The translations under genes were made by a program, and so were the position numbers. A stretch of 64,000 nt of DNA from Gemmatimonadota bacterium. GTDB lineage: Bacteria > Gemmatimonadota > Gemmatimonadetes > Gemmatimonadales > GWC2-71-9. Under the pieces are notes generated by a model, which was given only the letters and a program-made list of their open reading frames with translations, did not search any database and was not told where the DNA came from. The stretch spans positions 1,664-65,663 of the forward strand of contig JBKPAO010000060.1 of assembly GCA_046726475.1 (NCBI GenBank), read 5' to 3'. Below are positions 28,267-38,530 of this stretch, piece by piece. Position 1 is the first letter of the stretch. Every line of letters begins with the position of its first letter.

Positions 28267-28374
28267 CAGCGGGCAGCGGGGCAACAGGCCCGCGGGGTGG
28301 TTACAGTTGCAGAGACACGACTCTCAGAATGCTCTGGCGCCGCCCCCCTGCCCCGCTGCCCTGCTGCCCCGCTA
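28266..28374. repeat. mirror array, octamer CAGCGGGG / CCCCGCTG
   Basis: GCAGCGG GCAGCGGG GCAACAGG (28266-28288), a 54-nt spacer, then CCCCCCTG CCCCGCTG CCCTGCTG CCCCGCTA (28343-28374). The left arm starts at the last base of the upstream TAG stop. Confidence 0.85.
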
Positions 28375-28384
28375 TCTTCCGTCC

Positions 28385-29779
28385 GTGAAATTCCCAGTCA
28401 TACTGTTGGGAGCCGCCGCCGTCCTGATCAGCTCGGCGTGCAAGGGCTCCTCCGACCTCGCGACCGGCAGTCTGTCCGGGACCTCGCGTAGTCTCCCCAG
28501 TGTCAGCGTGCTCCGTATTCCGAAAGAGGGGGGCCTGCCCCGCCTGTACCGCGCTCCAGGCCTCGACTCGGCCGCGTGGAAGTCAGCCGAGCGGCTCCCG
28601 CCCATCGAGCGAACGATCGGCGCCGATCCCGAGCAGGGCCTCGTGTTCGCGCTCGATCGCAAGAACAACGTCGTCGGTGTTGACCTGGATACGCGCCGAG
28701 TCAGGACGTTCTTGGAGAACGTCCGCTATGCCGCGCTGGGACCGGACGGCGCTCTCTATGCCGTGGATACGGGGAGCACCGTTACCCAACTGGTCCGGCG
28801 AACGCCGGTGCGGTTTCGGTCCAAGCTCCAGGGCAAGCCGCTGGAGATGCAGGGCACCATGGACGGTGCCCTGCTCGCCCATCTGGCCGGAAACCACTCG
28901 GCACTCGAGTTCCTCGGATCCGACCAGCCACCGACCTCGACCGAGCTGCCTAAGGGGCAGGTCACCTCCAGCTTTCTCGGCGACCTGGTAGCTGTCGCGG
29001 CGGACACGGCAGTCATTCTCTACACTCCGCAAAACAAGTCGAAACCCAAGGTCATCCCGGTGGAAGGTGATGCCCGGGCTGTCCTCTTCTCGCCTTCCGG
29101 TCATCGCCTCTATGTCGCCCGGGCAGCGGCACCGCTGCTCATACTGGATCGCTACGAGGGCACCCGTCTCCGCGAGATCGAGCTGCCGGGCCCGGCTCGG
29201 GGACTCCGGAGCGATCTCTATGGAAGCTGGCTTCTGGTCCAACCGGAGAACGCCGACTCGGTTTGGGTGATCGACGTCGGTACCGGCAAGTACGCCGGTG
29301 CCACCGCCGCTCGGTGGACTGCTGATCTGCCGGCAGTGGCCGCGCCCCACACTCTTCTGCTGCGACGCGGTAGTGACTTGGTCGCCCTCGACCTCGGCGC
29401 ACCTGGCTTCAAGGAGGTCGGCAGGGTTCCCGGCGGGGCCACCGACTTCTGGCTGCCGCTGGCATGGCATCCGCCTGCGGAGAACGAGCTTCCCATCGAG
29501 TCCGATTCGACGTCCACCGCGTCGGCAGACAGCAGCGCGAACCGACCGACCGTGTACCTCCAGGTGAGCAGCTCGCAGAATCCTACCTGGGCCAGCGAGC
29601 TCTCCGAAAAGCTTCGGGCAGCCGGCCTCCCTGCGTCGGTGCTGACACCTCGTCGCTCAGAGGAAGCCTATCGTGTCGTGTTGGGACCATACGCCACCCG
29701 CGAGCAAGCGGAGGAAACCGGCCGCAAGCTCGGAATGCCTTCATTTATAGTCACAGCCCAGGACCAGTCGGCTAAATAG
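28385..29779 (+). CDS. SPOR domain-containing lipoprotein
   Basis: GTG 28385 gives VKFPVILLGAAAVLISSACKG (lipobox). The C-terminus ...VYLQVSSSQNPTWASELSEKLRAAGLPASV...YRVVLGPYATREQAEETGRKL... is a SPOR fold pattern. Confidence 0.7.
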   Translation: MKFPVILLGAAAVLISSACKGSSDLATGSLSGTSRSLPSVSVLRIPKEGGLPRLYRAPGLDSAAWKSAERLPPIERTIGADPEQGLVFALDRKNNVVGVDLDTRRVRTFLENVRYAALGPDGALYAVDTGSTVTQLVRRTPVRFRSKLQGKPLEMQGTMDGALLAHLAGNHSALEFLGSDQPPTSTELPKGQVTSSFLGDLVAVAADTAVILYTPQNKSKPKVIPVEGDARAVLFSPSGHRLYVARAAAPLLILDRYEGTRLREIELPGPARGLRSDLYGSWLLVQPENADSVWVIDVGTGKYAGATAARWTADLPAVAAPHTLLLRRGSDLVALDLGAPGFKEVGRVPGGATDFWLPLAWHPPAENELPIESDSTSTASADSSANRPTVYLQVSSSQNPTWASELSEKLRAAGLPASVLTPRRSEEAYRVVLGPYATREQAEETGRKLGMPSFIVTAQDQSAK

Positions 29780-29806
29780 CGTCACCCTTCGTGGGGGGTA
29801 GATCGC

Positions 29807-32800
29807 ATGAAGCTCACCAAGCTGGAACTGTCCGGCTTCAAGTCGTTCGCCGATACGGTGACCCTGACGTTTGACCAGGGAGTCACCGCGATCGTGGGCC
29901 CGAACGGCTGTGGGAAATCCAACGTCTCCGACTCGGTCCGGTGGGTCCTGGGCGAGCAGTCCGCCCGGCTGCTTCGTGGCGGCAAGATGGAGGACGTGAT
30001 CTTCCAGGGTTCGGCCGCTCGCCGTCCGGTCAACGTCACCGAAGTCTCTCTCTTCCTTGATAACAGCGACGGCGATCTACCAATCGCCTACCGTGAGGTA
30101 GTGGTAACTCGCCGGCTCTCGCGCTCCGGCCAGAGCGACTATCTGCTGAACGGCTCACCGGTGCGTCTCCGCGATATTCAGGATCTGCTGCGGGGGACCG
30201 GTCTGGGCAGCGATGCCGGTGCGGTGATCGAGGCCAAGATGATCGATCTGCTGCTCTCCGATCGGGCGGAAGAGCGCCGGTCGTTATTCGAGGAGGCAGC
30301 CGGCATCGGACTCTATCGCGACCGGAAGCACAGTACCGAACGCCGGCTCGAGGAGACCGCCGTCGATCTGCAACGGGTCGAGGACCTCATCGCGGAAGTC
30401 CAATCGCAGATCCGAAGCCTTGCACGCCAACGCGGCAAAGCCGAACGGCACGCCAAACTCTCCGAGGAAAAGTTTGCGGTGCAGCTCACTCTGGCCCGCC
30501 GCCAGCTCGAGCACCTGTCGGAGGAAGTCGCCGGCATGGAGACTCGATATGCCGAGCTGGCCGAACTGCGGCCTGCGGCCCGCGAGCGGCTGGCGCAAAG
30601 CGATCACCTGCGAGAGCATGGGGTCCACGCTCGGGCCACCGCAGAAGCTCGGCGGACGGAAATCACCCACCGACTTGCAACACTCCGAGTGGAGATTGGA
30701 CGGCTGGAGGGCGACCTGGCACTCGCCAGCGAGCGCCTGGCGCACGCATCCTCGCGGCGGCTGCGCGCGGCCGAAGAGCGCACCCATATGGAGCAACGTG
30801 CACAGCAGGCGAGCCTGGAACAGAGCAGCGCGGCGGAAGATCATCAGACGGCGGCCGCGGAGCACACCCGAATCGGTCGCGAGCTGGCGGGACGGGCGGA
30901 GGCCGAGGAAGCCGTGCGTCGAAAGCTGAGTGACCAGCGCGCAACGGTACGGCAACTCGAGCAGGATCTCCAGCACTACGCGCAGAGCCTCAAATCTCTG
31001 GAAGGAGAGCGGGCAGCACTCGAAGGCGAGTTGCTCGCCTTGCGAGAGCGGGCCGCTCAGGCCGAAGCCCACCGCTCACGCCTCAGCCTGGAGCTCGGCG
31101 AGGCGCAACAAAGCCATGGGCTCGCCGCTGAGAACGCCGACACGTCCACTCGGGACGCGAAGCGTGCCACTGCGTCTGCCGACCACGCCAGGCACCTGGT
31201 GGCCGAGACCCGAGAGCGAGAGGCGATGCACCGCGCCGATCGGAGACAAGCTGAGGAGTCGCTCGCTCAGCTTACCGCCCGAAGGCAGGCGCTCGAAGAG
31301 CTCGAGCGTGATCGCGTCGGCTTGGCCCCCGGAGCAGCCGCCCTGCTGGGCGCCCGCGAGCAGTTTGATGGCGGCGTGCTCGGGCCGCTCAGCGACTTCG
31401 TGAGCACCGGTCGAGAGAAGGCTGAGCTGGCGGAACGGCTGCTGGGAGAGTGGATGCACGCGGTGTTGGTGCGCGATGCCGATTCAGTCAACGCCATCCA
31501 AGCCTGGCATGCGGAACATCAGCCGGGAGCTTTAGTGCTGCTACCGGTCGACCCGGGACCGGTCACTCCCAGCACGGAAGCCGCCTTCGCCGAGCAGCTG
31601 CAAGCCGAAGGACCCGCCGCCGGGTGGGTTCGTGCGGCGCTGGCGGGCTCCGAGGTACTCGACGAGAACGGCAGGGTCCTCCGCCGGGCCAGCGGAGCAA
31701 TCTTCCTGTCCGGTCAAGGTGCCCCATTTGGACCGATCCGGCGCCGGGCGGAGCTCGCCACTGTGTTGGACGAGACGGAGCAGGCGGAGCGCTCGCTCAG
31801 CGGCGCAGATGCCGCTCTCCGCGATACTATAGAGCGGCTCAGAGAGCTGGAGCAGACGCTCGCAGACGCAACTTCCGCTGCGGAGCGCGCCCGGGATGCG
31901 GAGCGACTCGCGGCTGCGTCCAGGGAGGACGCGAGTCGCATCGTTGGCAATCTGACTCGGGAAGTCGCCGAATCGGAGACCCAACTTCAGCGTATCAACG
32001 AGCGAGTTGCCGCCTCGGAGCAGCGGTTGCGAGAGATCGATCGCTCGCTGACGGCTGGAGAGCTGACGCGGAGCCGGGTGGAGGAGGAGCTCGGCGCATC
32101 CCGAATCCTGCTCTCCGACCTCGAGGCCGAACAGGAGGCGGCACGCGAGCAACGGGCACACTGGCAAGTCCAGGAAGCGCATCTTGCCGGAAGCCTCCGT
32201 GCCGCCGCCGAGCGACTGGAGCGCGCCGGCCGTACCCGAGCGGAAGCCGAGGAGAGCGCACGCGCACTGTCGTCAGAGCTGGCTCAACTCGAGACCGACG
32301 CAGCCGGGCTGGCCACTCAACAGGGAGAATGGCTGGAGGCGCTGGCGGAGCGGCGGGTGGCTCTTCAGGAGCTGGACAGCGCGAGCAGCCAGGCCGAAGC
32401 CGAGCTTTCTAGCGCAGAGGAAGCTTTGGCGGCGGCGGAGCGAGAGGTCGCCGCGGTGCGAGGCGAGCTCGAGTCCGCGGGAGACGAGAGCCATGCCTTG
32501 GAGGTCCGCCTGACCGAGGTGGCCGGGCTCCGGCGGAGCATTGTCGATCGGGTGGAGGCCGAATGGCACCGTCCATTCGATCAGCTGATGGACTCGGCGG
32601 TGCCGCTGGAGCTCGACATGGAGACGTTGGAGACGGAAGCATCTCGCATTCACGCCGCCCTCGAATCGATCGGACCGGTGAACCCGCTCGCGGTCGAAGA
32701 GCACGCCGAGGAATCCAAGCGCTTGGAGTTCCTGACTTCCCAACGCGACGACTTGGTGAGCGCCCGCCAGTCGCTGATGCAGGCAATACGGGAGATCGAC

Positions 32801-33286
32801 GGCACCGCACGGACGATGTTCGTGGACACGTTTACCGCGATCCAGGCCAACTTCTCCAAGGTGTTTCAAACCCTGTTCGGCGGAGGCGAATGCGAGCTTC
32901 GCCTCGCCAGCCCGGATGACCCGTTGGAGAGCGAGATCGACATTCACGCCGCACCGCGCGGCAAGCGCACCCAGCGCATCCACCTCCTCTCCTCCGGCGA
33001 GCGCACGCTGGTGGCCGTGTCCCTCCTCTTCAGTATCTACCTTACCAAACCCAGTCCCTTCTGCCTCATGGATGAGGTGGACGCACCGCTCGACGACGCC
33101 AACGTCGGCCGCTTCACTCGCCTGCTGGAGGAGTTCAAGGACGAAACCCAGTTCCTGGTCATAACCCACAATCCTCGGACGATGCAGTCGGCCGACGCGG
33201 TGTACGGGGTGACCATGCAGGAGCCGGGCGTGTCGACGATCGTTGGAGTACGGCTTGGCGAGCGGGAGCAGATTGAAAGAGTCTAG
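29807..33286 (+). CDS. smc: chromosome segregation protein SMC
   Basis: Walker A is GPNGCGKSN. There are long coiled-coil arms and a hinge. The C-terminus has ...LLSSGERTLVAVSLLF... and Walker B FCLMDEVDAPLD. Confidence 0.95.
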   Translation: MKLTKLELSGFKSFADTVTLTFDQGVTAIVGPNGCGKSNVSDSVRWVLGEQSARLLRGGKMEDVIFQGSAARRPVNVTEVSLFLDNSDGDLPIAYREVVVTRRLSRSGQSDYLLNGSPVRLRDIQDLLRGTGLGSDAGAVIEAKMIDLLLSDRAEERRSLFEEAAGIGLYRDRKHSTERRLEETAVDLQRVEDLIAEVQSQIRSLARQRGKAERHAKLSEEKFAVQLTLARRQLEHLSEEVAGMETRYAELAELRPAARERLAQSDHLREHGVHARATAEARRTEITHRLATLRVEIGRLEGDLALASERLAHASSRRLRAAEERTHMEQRAQQASLEQSSAAEDHQTAAAEHTRIGRELAGRAEAEEAVRRKLSDQRATVRQLEQDLQHYAQSLKSLEGERAALEGELLALRERAAQAEAHRSRLSLELGEAQQSHGLAAENADTSTRDAKRATASADHARHLVAETREREAMHRADRRQAEESLAQLTARRQALEELERDRVGLAPGAAALLGAREQFDGGVLGPLSDFVSTGREKAELAERLLGEWMHAVLVRDADSVNAIQAWHAEHQPGALVLLPVDPGPVTPSTEAAFAEQLQAEGPAAGWVRAALAGSEVLDENGRVLRRASGAIFLSGQGAPFGPIRRRAELATVLDETEQAERSLSGADAALRDTIERLRELEQTLADATSAAERARDAERLAAASREDASRIVGNLTREVAESETQLQRINERVAASEQRLREIDRSLTAGELTRSRVEEELGASRILLSDLEAEQEAAREQRAHWQVQEAHLAGSLRAAAERLERAGRTRAEAEESARALSSELAQLETDAAGLATQQGEWLEALAERRVALQELDSASSQAEAELSSAEEALAAAEREVAAVRGELESAGDESHALEVRLTEVAGLRRSIVDRVEAEWHRPFDQLMDSAVPLELDMETLETEASRIHAALESIGPVNPLAVEEHAEESKRLEFLTSQRDDLVSARQSLMQAIREIDGTARTMFVDTFTAIQANFSKVFQTLFGGGECELRLASPDDPLESEIDIHAAPRGKRTQRIHLLSSGERTLVAVSLLFSIYLTKPSPFCLMDEVDAPLDDANVGRFTRLLEEFKDETQFLVITHNPRTMQSADAVYGVTMQEPGVSTIVGVRLGEREQIERV

Positions 33287-33403
33287 GGTCTAGGGTCTAG
33301 AGTCGAGGATCTAAGCCCAAGGGGCACAGGTTGATCCGACTGTGGCCTCGCGGGCCTGGCATGCAGCGTGCATGATTAGACCCTAGAAGGCCGACTCTAG
33401 ACC
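33281..33403. repeat. mirror array, heptamer GTCTAGG / CTAGACC
   Basis: GTCTAGG GTCTAGG GTCTAGA GTCGAGG ATCTAAG (33281-33315), a 60-nt spacer, then TTAGACC CTAGAAG GCCGACT CTAGACC (33376-33403). The smc TAG stop (33284-86) lies inside unit 1. Confidence 0.85.
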
Positions 33404-33428
33404 TCCTTGCACGGGAGTCCCAGCTCGA

Positions 33429-34469
33429 ATGTTGATTGTCATGCGCCATGGAGCGCCTGAAGAAGACATCCGACGCGTCGCTGAAACCATCGAGGAGATG
33501 GGTTATCAGGCTCGACCTATGCCGGGCAAGCAGCGTACGACGGTCGGGCTGGTCGGCAATGACGGCCGCGTCGATGCCTCCCGCCTGGCGGCACTCCCCA
33601 GCGTGCAGGAGATCATCCATGTCACCAAGCCGTACAAACAGGTCTCCCGCGAATGGAAAGCGGAGTCCACTATCGTCCGTCTCCCAGGCGGGCTCACTAT
33701 CGGCGGCGATGAAGTGGTGGTCATGGCCGGTCCGTGTTCGGTCGAAAGCGAGCGACAGATTCTGGACGCCGCTCGTGCCGTGCGAGAGTCGGGCGCTACC
33801 GTCCTCCGGGGGGGCGCCTTCAAGCCGCGAAGCTCTCCCTATTCGTTCCAGGGTTTGGGCACTGCAGGCCTCAAGCTACTGGCCCGTGCGCGGGAGGAAA
33901 CCGGGCTGTTGATCGTCACCGAGGCGATGGATGGGGAGGGCATGGACGCGGTGGCCGAAACCGCGGACATCATTCAAATCGGCGCGCGCAACATGCAGAA
34001 TTACTCTCTCCTGAAGCGAGCCGGCCGAATCGGCAAACCAGTACTGCTCAAGCGAGGTCTCTCGGCAACCATTCAGGAACTGCTGCTCTCCGCCGAATAC
34101 ATTCTGGCCGAAGGCAATCCCAACGTCATCTTGTGCGAGCGGGGCGTCCGCGGATTCGACCCGGCCACCCGAAATCTCCTCGATCTGAGCGCCATTCCAG
34201 TGGTTCACGGAGCCTCGCACCTGCCTATCATTGCTGACCCGAGCCACGGTACCGGTCACCGGGACATGGTCATGCCGATGGCCAAGGCCGCAGTCGCGGG
34301 AGGCGCCGACGGCCTGCTGATTGAAGTGCATCCGACTCCAGACCGGGCACTCTCTGACGGGGCCCAGAGCCTCTACCCCGAACAGTTCGATCGATTGATG
34401 AAGGAAATCCGGCTGATAGCGGAGGCGATCGGGCGCCGGGTCGCCGAGCCGGCGGGTATTCGGGCGTGA
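33429..34469 (+). CDS. aroF: 3-deoxy-7-phosphoheptulose (DAHP) synthase, type I-beta with N-terminal ferredoxin-like extension
   Basis: ...[14 protein letters not shown]...[19 protein letters not shown]...DPSHGTG... is the diagnostic core. About 75 aa of N-terminal extra domain precede it. Confidence 0.88.
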   Translation: MLIVMRHGAPEEDIRRVAETIEEMGYQARPMPGKQRTTVGLVGNDGRVDASRLAALPSVQEIIHVTKPYKQVSREWKAESTIVRLPGGLTIGGDEVVVMAGPCSVESERQILDAARAVRESGATVLRGGAFKPRSSPYSFQGLGTAGLKLLARAREETGLLIVTEAMDGEGMDAVAETADIIQIGARNMQNYSLLKRAGRIGKPVLLKRGLSATIQELLLSAEYILAEGNPNVILCERGVRGFDPATRNLLDLSAIPVVHGASHLPIIADPSHGTGHRDMVMPMAKAAVAGGADGLLIEVHPTPDRALSDGAQSLYPEQFDRLMKEIRLIAEAIGRRVAEPAGIRA

Positions 34470-35113
34470 GATTGCTATCGCTTATTGCTCTCGTCCTGCT
34501 GGTCGGGACACCGGCGCAAGCTCAGGACGCGCAGGCCGTCATTGGGCGGTCAGCCCGGGTATACCGCTCATTGCGGAGCCTCAGCGCGGACTTCGTTCAG
34601 GTGATCGACAACCCGATGATCGACAGCGCCGAGAGCAAGGGCACGCTGGTGCAGGCAGGTCCGGCCAAGCTCGCGATGCGCTTCAGTGATCCACCGGGCG
34701 AGGCGATTGTGATCGACGGCGAGCATATCTGGGTATATACCCCGAGCACCGTGCCGGACCAGGTGCTGCGGCTGTCGGTGCCGAACGGCGGGCCGGTATA
34801 CGGGTACAATCTTCTCGCCTGGTTTCTCGATCGTCCGACCGAGCGCTATAAGCCATCCTACCTGCGGACTGAACAACGGAATGGCCGGCCGGTCGACGTG
34901 ATCCAACTGATTCCAACTGTCCCCGGGCTGCCCTTCAGTAAGGCGGTCATCTGGCTGGATCGGGCGGACGCTTTGCCCCGACGTTTGGAGATTCAAGAGG
35001 AATCGGGAGCGACGCGCACTCTCGAGCTGTCCCGGATCCGGGTCAATGAGGCGGTGCCGGACAAGACCTTTACCTTCAAGGTACCCAAAGGCGTCCGGGT
35101 GGTAGATCAGTAA
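34466..35113 (+). CDS. lolA: outer membrane lipoprotein carrier protein LolA
   Basis: It has a signal peptide and ...LSADFVQV...SKGTL.....[24 protein letters not shown].... There is a GTGA overlap with aroF. Confidence 0.72.
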   Translation: MRLLSLIALVLLVGTPAQAQDAQAVIGRSARVYRSLRSLSADFVQVIDNPMIDSAESKGTLVQAGPAKLAMRFSDPPGEAIVIDGEHIWVYTPSTVPDQVLRLSVPNGGPVYGYNLLAWFLDRPTERYKPSYLRTEQRNGRPVDVIQLIPTVPGLPFSKAVIWLDRADALPRRLEIQEESGATRTLELSRIRVNEAVPDKTFTFKVPKGVRVVDQ

Positions 35114-35115
35114 CC

Positions 35116-35988
35116 CTACGCGGTAGCTTCCCCACCGATCAACGCTTCATCGAGGACAGCGTTCACCCGCGCGGCGGCGGCGGCATCCAATCCCGCCTCG
35201 CTGGCCAGCGCAACCGCCGCGCGCCCGACGGCGCGATAGAGCTCCCGGTCTTCCGGGCCGAGTGCCTGAAGGTGCGCCCGAATCGTCTGGACGTCCCCCC
35301 GGCGTACGGCCCCCGTCAGCGACCCGGCAGGTCCGAGGGCGGTCAGATTGGCCACAGCTCCTCCGAGCAATGGCAGGTAGAGCTTCGCTGCGACTTCGTC
35401 CGGCACTCCCGCCGATCTCGCGAGCCGCTCTGCCACCCCAACCAGCGCAATCGTGTAGTTCGCCACGAAGGAAGCGCCCGCGTGGTATGCGGGCTTGGCC
35501 TCCGCCGGAATCCTCACCGGCACCATCCGCAGAGTATTCGCCAGCCGTTCCGCTGCTACCAGCGCCCGCTCGTCTCCTTCGATGCCCACGTAGGCGCCCT
35601 TCAGCCGTTCGGCTGCGCTTCCGGGATCGGCAACCGTTTGGACGGGATGGAATGAGCCGCACGCAGCCCCAGAGACCTCGAGCGGAAGGAGGGCTCGCCG
35701 ATCGAGGAGGCCGGACAGGTGCAGGATGACCTGGTCGTGCGTGATCCCACCCCGTACCGCTAACTCCGCTGCCACCTCTTCGATGGCATCATCCGGCGTG
35801 GCGATGAGAACGAGCTCGGCTTCCGAGGTCGCTTCGGCCAAGCTTCCCTGATGCAGGATGAGCGGAGCGATGACGTCGCGGGAGCTGCGGTTGACCAGTA
35901 GCACCCGGTAACCACGGCGCTTCAGCGCCAGACCCAGCCCCTGCCCCATTCGTCCCGCTCCGATGATCGTAATTCTGGGTTGAGACAT
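35116..35988 (-). CDS. Rossmann-fold oxidoreductase with C-terminal DUF2520
   Basis: The N-terminus is ITIIGAGRMGQGLGLAL. The C-terminus is ...AYHAGASFVANYT...LTGAVRRGD.... Confidence 0.68.
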   Translation of the reverse strand: MSQPRITIIGAGRMGQGLGLALKRRGYRVLLVNRSSRDVIAPLILHQGSLAEATSEAELVLIATPDDAIEEVAAELAVRGGITHDQVILHLSGLLDRRALLPLEVSGAACGSFHPVQTVADPGSAAERLKGAYVGIEGDERALVAAERLANTLRMVPVRIPAEAKPAYHAGASFVANYTIALVGVAERLARSAGVPDEVAAKLYLPLLGGAVANLTALGPAGSLTGAVRRGDVQTIRAHLQALGPEDRELYRAVGRAAVALASEAGLDAAAAARVNAVLDEALIGGEATA

Positions 35989-36040
35989 GCTTCTCCGCGT
36001 CGGTGAAAATGCTACGGGTTATCGAGTAGGCGCTTGGGCC

Positions 36041-36083
36041 AATAAACGAAACCCGGCCGACCCTCATGGCCGACCGGGTTTCG
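36041..36083 (-). terminator. Rho-independent terminator downstream of the S41 protease gene
   Basis: The stem is CGAAACCCGG (36047-56) / CCGGGTTTCG (36074-83). It is followed on the minus strand by TTTATT (plus-strand AATAAA, 36041-46). It lies 23 nt after the stop at 36106. Confidence 0.55.
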
Positions 36084-36105
36084 AGAGACACGCTGCTCCC
36101 GTTGC

Positions 36106-37758
36106 TTACTGGTTCTGTGCCGTCGGCACGGGCACACTCGCCCGCGACAGACTCAGCAGCTCCTTGGGAGTCTGGGCCTTTCGCAGCAGGCCCATCGCGG
36201 TCTGCATCTGCGAGTCGTTGGCTGCGCGGCGGCGGAATTCCGCGGGGCGCCCGAAAACGTACCGAGCGATTTCATAGCCAAGCTGCTCATCGATGAGAGC
36301 GCCGGCTCCATTGAACACACTCTCGCTGACGTCGACATTGTGTGCCCGCATGCGAGTGTAGACCTCCTGCCGCATTGCGGGAGTCACCTTGAACGCCTCG
36401 GTCCGCACCCCGTGATTTTTCTTGGCTTCGAGCGCTATGGAGGTCAGGGCATCGCGATACTGCGGGAACCCATTGCCCAACGCCTTGGCGAACTCGCGCT
36501 CCGAAGCGGTCAGCGTGTCGGGACGGATGACCAGATCGGGAACGATACCGCCGCCGCCGCGCACTACTCGGCCGGCATCGGTGTGGAAGATCGGACGCTC
36601 CTTGAGCGCCGAATCAGTCGATTCCTTATCCGGCGCGTTCAGCACGGTGTCGGCGACCACCGCCATGGCGGCCTGCGTGGCCTGGTCCTCCTCGTCCTTG
36701 GCGATCCGCTGAATGGTGCGGCCGCTCGGCGTGAACCACCGCGCGGTCGTCAGTTTGAGTGCCACTCCCTCCCCCAAAGGAAAGAGTGTCTGCACCAGTC
36801 CCTTGCCGAACGTGGGGGCTCCGACAACGACTGCACGATCGTGGTCCTGCAGGGCGCCGGCAATGATTTCGGCGGCGCTGGCAGTACCATCGTTGACCAG
36901 GACGATGATCGGAAGGTCTGGCCACGCCTGACGAGCCTCGTCGTAAAATTCTTTGGTGGATCCCCGAGCCCTGCCGCGGGTAGAGACGATCTCCTGCCGG
37001 GTATCAAGGAATAGATCAGCCACCTTCACTCCCTGATCCAACAGACCTCCCGGGTTCCCCCGAAGGTCCATGATCAGGGACTTCATTCCCTTCCCTTTCA
37101 TCGCCGTGATTTCCTGGCGGAGCTCTTCGGCGGAGGTTTCGCTGACCGGGTTCAACGAGATGTAGCCGACCCCGCGATCGAACATCGTACCTGGAGGAAC
37201 CGAGCGCATGTGAATCTGCGCGCGGGTGAGCCGGTACTTCATGGGATCAGTGATGCCGGCCCGCCGAATCGTAATGCCGACCTTCGAGCCCGCCTCACCC
37301 CGGAGCGCCTTCACCGCCTGATCGTTCTTCCAGCCTTCGGTCGACTTCCCGTCGACCTCGATGATCTGGTCTCCGGTTTCGATCCCGGCCCGTTCAGCCG
37401 GGGTCTCCGGGAGTGGCGCCACGACCGTGATCCATCCATCGCGTACGTCGATCTGGATGCCCAACCCGGCGTAGTTCCCCGAGGTCTGCTCGGTCAACGC
37501 CTTGTAATCGTCCCCAGTGAGGAGAACCGAATACGGGTCCTGAAGCTGCTCGAGCATCCCGCGGGTCGCCTTCTGGTACAGGTCGGTCTCACCAATCGAA
37601 TCGACGTAGTACGTACTCACGTGGCCGAGCACGTCGTCGAACAGGCGTGCCTGCTGATAGACATTGCCGTCACTGGCAACACCTCGCTGCAGCAGCCAGC
37701 CGCCGCTCAGGAAAGAGATTACCGCCACCAGCCCGATCACGCCCCAACGCTGCTTCAT
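36106..37758 (-). CDS. carboxyl-terminal processing protease (S41 family, PDZ domain)
   Basis: ...GLGIQIDVRDGWITVVAPLPETPAERAGIETGDQIIEVDG... is the PDZ domain, followed by the S41 core. ATG 37758 is preceded by GGAGG at 6-nt spacing. Confidence 0.9.
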   Translation of the reverse strand: MKQRWGVIGLVAVISFLSGGWLLQRGVASDGNVYQQARLFDDVLGHVSTYYVDSIGETDLYQKATRGMLEQLQDPYSVLLTGDDYKALTEQTSGNYAGLGIQIDVRDGWITVVAPLPETPAERAGIETGDQIIEVDGKSTEGWKNDQAVKALRGEAGSKVGITIRRAGITDPMKYRLTRAQIHMRSVPPGTMFDRGVGYISLNPVSETSAEELRQEITAMKGKGMKSLIMDLRGNPGGLLDQGVKVADLFLDTRQEIVSTRGRARGSTKEFYDEARQAWPDLPIIVLVNDGTASAAEIIAGALQDHDRAVVVGAPTFGKGLVQTLFPLGEGVALKLTTARWFTPSGRTIQRIAKDEEDQATQAAMAVVADTVLNAPDKESTDSALKERPIFHTDAGRVVRGGGGIVPDLVIRPDTLTASEREFAKALGNGFPQYRDALTSIALEAKKNHGVRTEAFKVTPAMRQEVYTRMRAHNVDVSESVFNGAGALIDEQLGYEIARYVFGRPAEFRRRAANDSQMQTAMGLLRKAQTPKELLSLSRASVPVPTAQNQ

Positions 37759-37888
37759 ATCTGGCCTCCGCTCCCGCAGAATAGCTGACACGTTCTGTTC
37801 GCAATCCCCGAGAATTGCCTCAACCCCTGGCCCGATTGATTGGAGATGAGCACCCGGGACACACGATAGATTGCAGAACTATAAAGGT

Positions 37889-38530
37889 TTAGCCGACTGC
37901 AACGGGAAACAACTCCGGAGCGGCGGCGCGCACTTCCGACCAAGCTGCCTGCAAGAGCCGGTCCGGGGGAAGTCGTCCGTCTAAATGTCGCACCTTTTCA
38001 CCCCGCACCGCTAGGTAGTAATCGACAACGCGTCGATGAAATTCGACGCTCTCCCGGTCGAGTCGGTCCTGACGTTTGCCGGCCGCGATTTGGCGGGCTT
38101 GGCCCAGCTCCGGAGGTAGGTCGAGGATCAGGGTAAGATCGGGAATCAGTCCTTGCGTGGCGGCCTCATTCCCCGCTCGGATCAGCGCGGCGTCGAGCCC
38201 GCGTCCCGCCATCTGGTACGCCTCGGTCGAAAGGGCGAACCGGTCGGAGAGGACCACCTTGCCTTGCGCCAGTGCGGGCAGCACGACCGTCTCGACCAGA
38301 TCGGCGCGGGCGGCCAGATAGAGAAACAGCTCGGCCACCGGTCCCACCGGATGCTCGGCGTCGAGCAGCGCCTGGCGAGCGATCTCCGCCGCTCGGGTCC
38401 CTCCCGGCTCGCGAATGACGACCGGGTCGACCCGGTTCTCGCGCATCAACCCAGCGAGTGGCCCGAGAAGTGTGGATTTGCCGGAACCTTCAGGCCCCTC
38501 GAGCACGATGAAGAAACCAGGAGAGCTCAT
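37889..38530 (-). CDS. tmk: dTMP kinase
   Basis: The P-loop is FIVLEGPEGSGKST. Confidence 0.9.
   Translation of the reverse strand: MSSPGFFIVLEGPEGSGKSTLLGPLAGLMRENRVDPVVIREPGGTRAAEIARQALLDAEHPVGPVAELFLYLAARADLVETVVLPALAQGKVVLSDRFALSTEAYQMAGRGLDAALIRAGNEAATQGLIPDLTLILDLPPELGQARQIAAGKRQDRLDRESVEFHRRVVDYYLAVRGEKVRHLDGRLPPDRLLQAAWSEVRAAAPELFPVAVG

Noticed and set aside
33357-33374. A sigma-54 type -24/-12 promoter, TGGCAT-N7-TGCA with correct GG-to-GC spacing, upstream of aroF.
   Set aside because: The same bases form a simple palindrome, CATGCA-gcg-TGCATG, so the match may be fortuitous. DAHP synthase is not an expected sigma-54 target. I cannot support it without TSS data.
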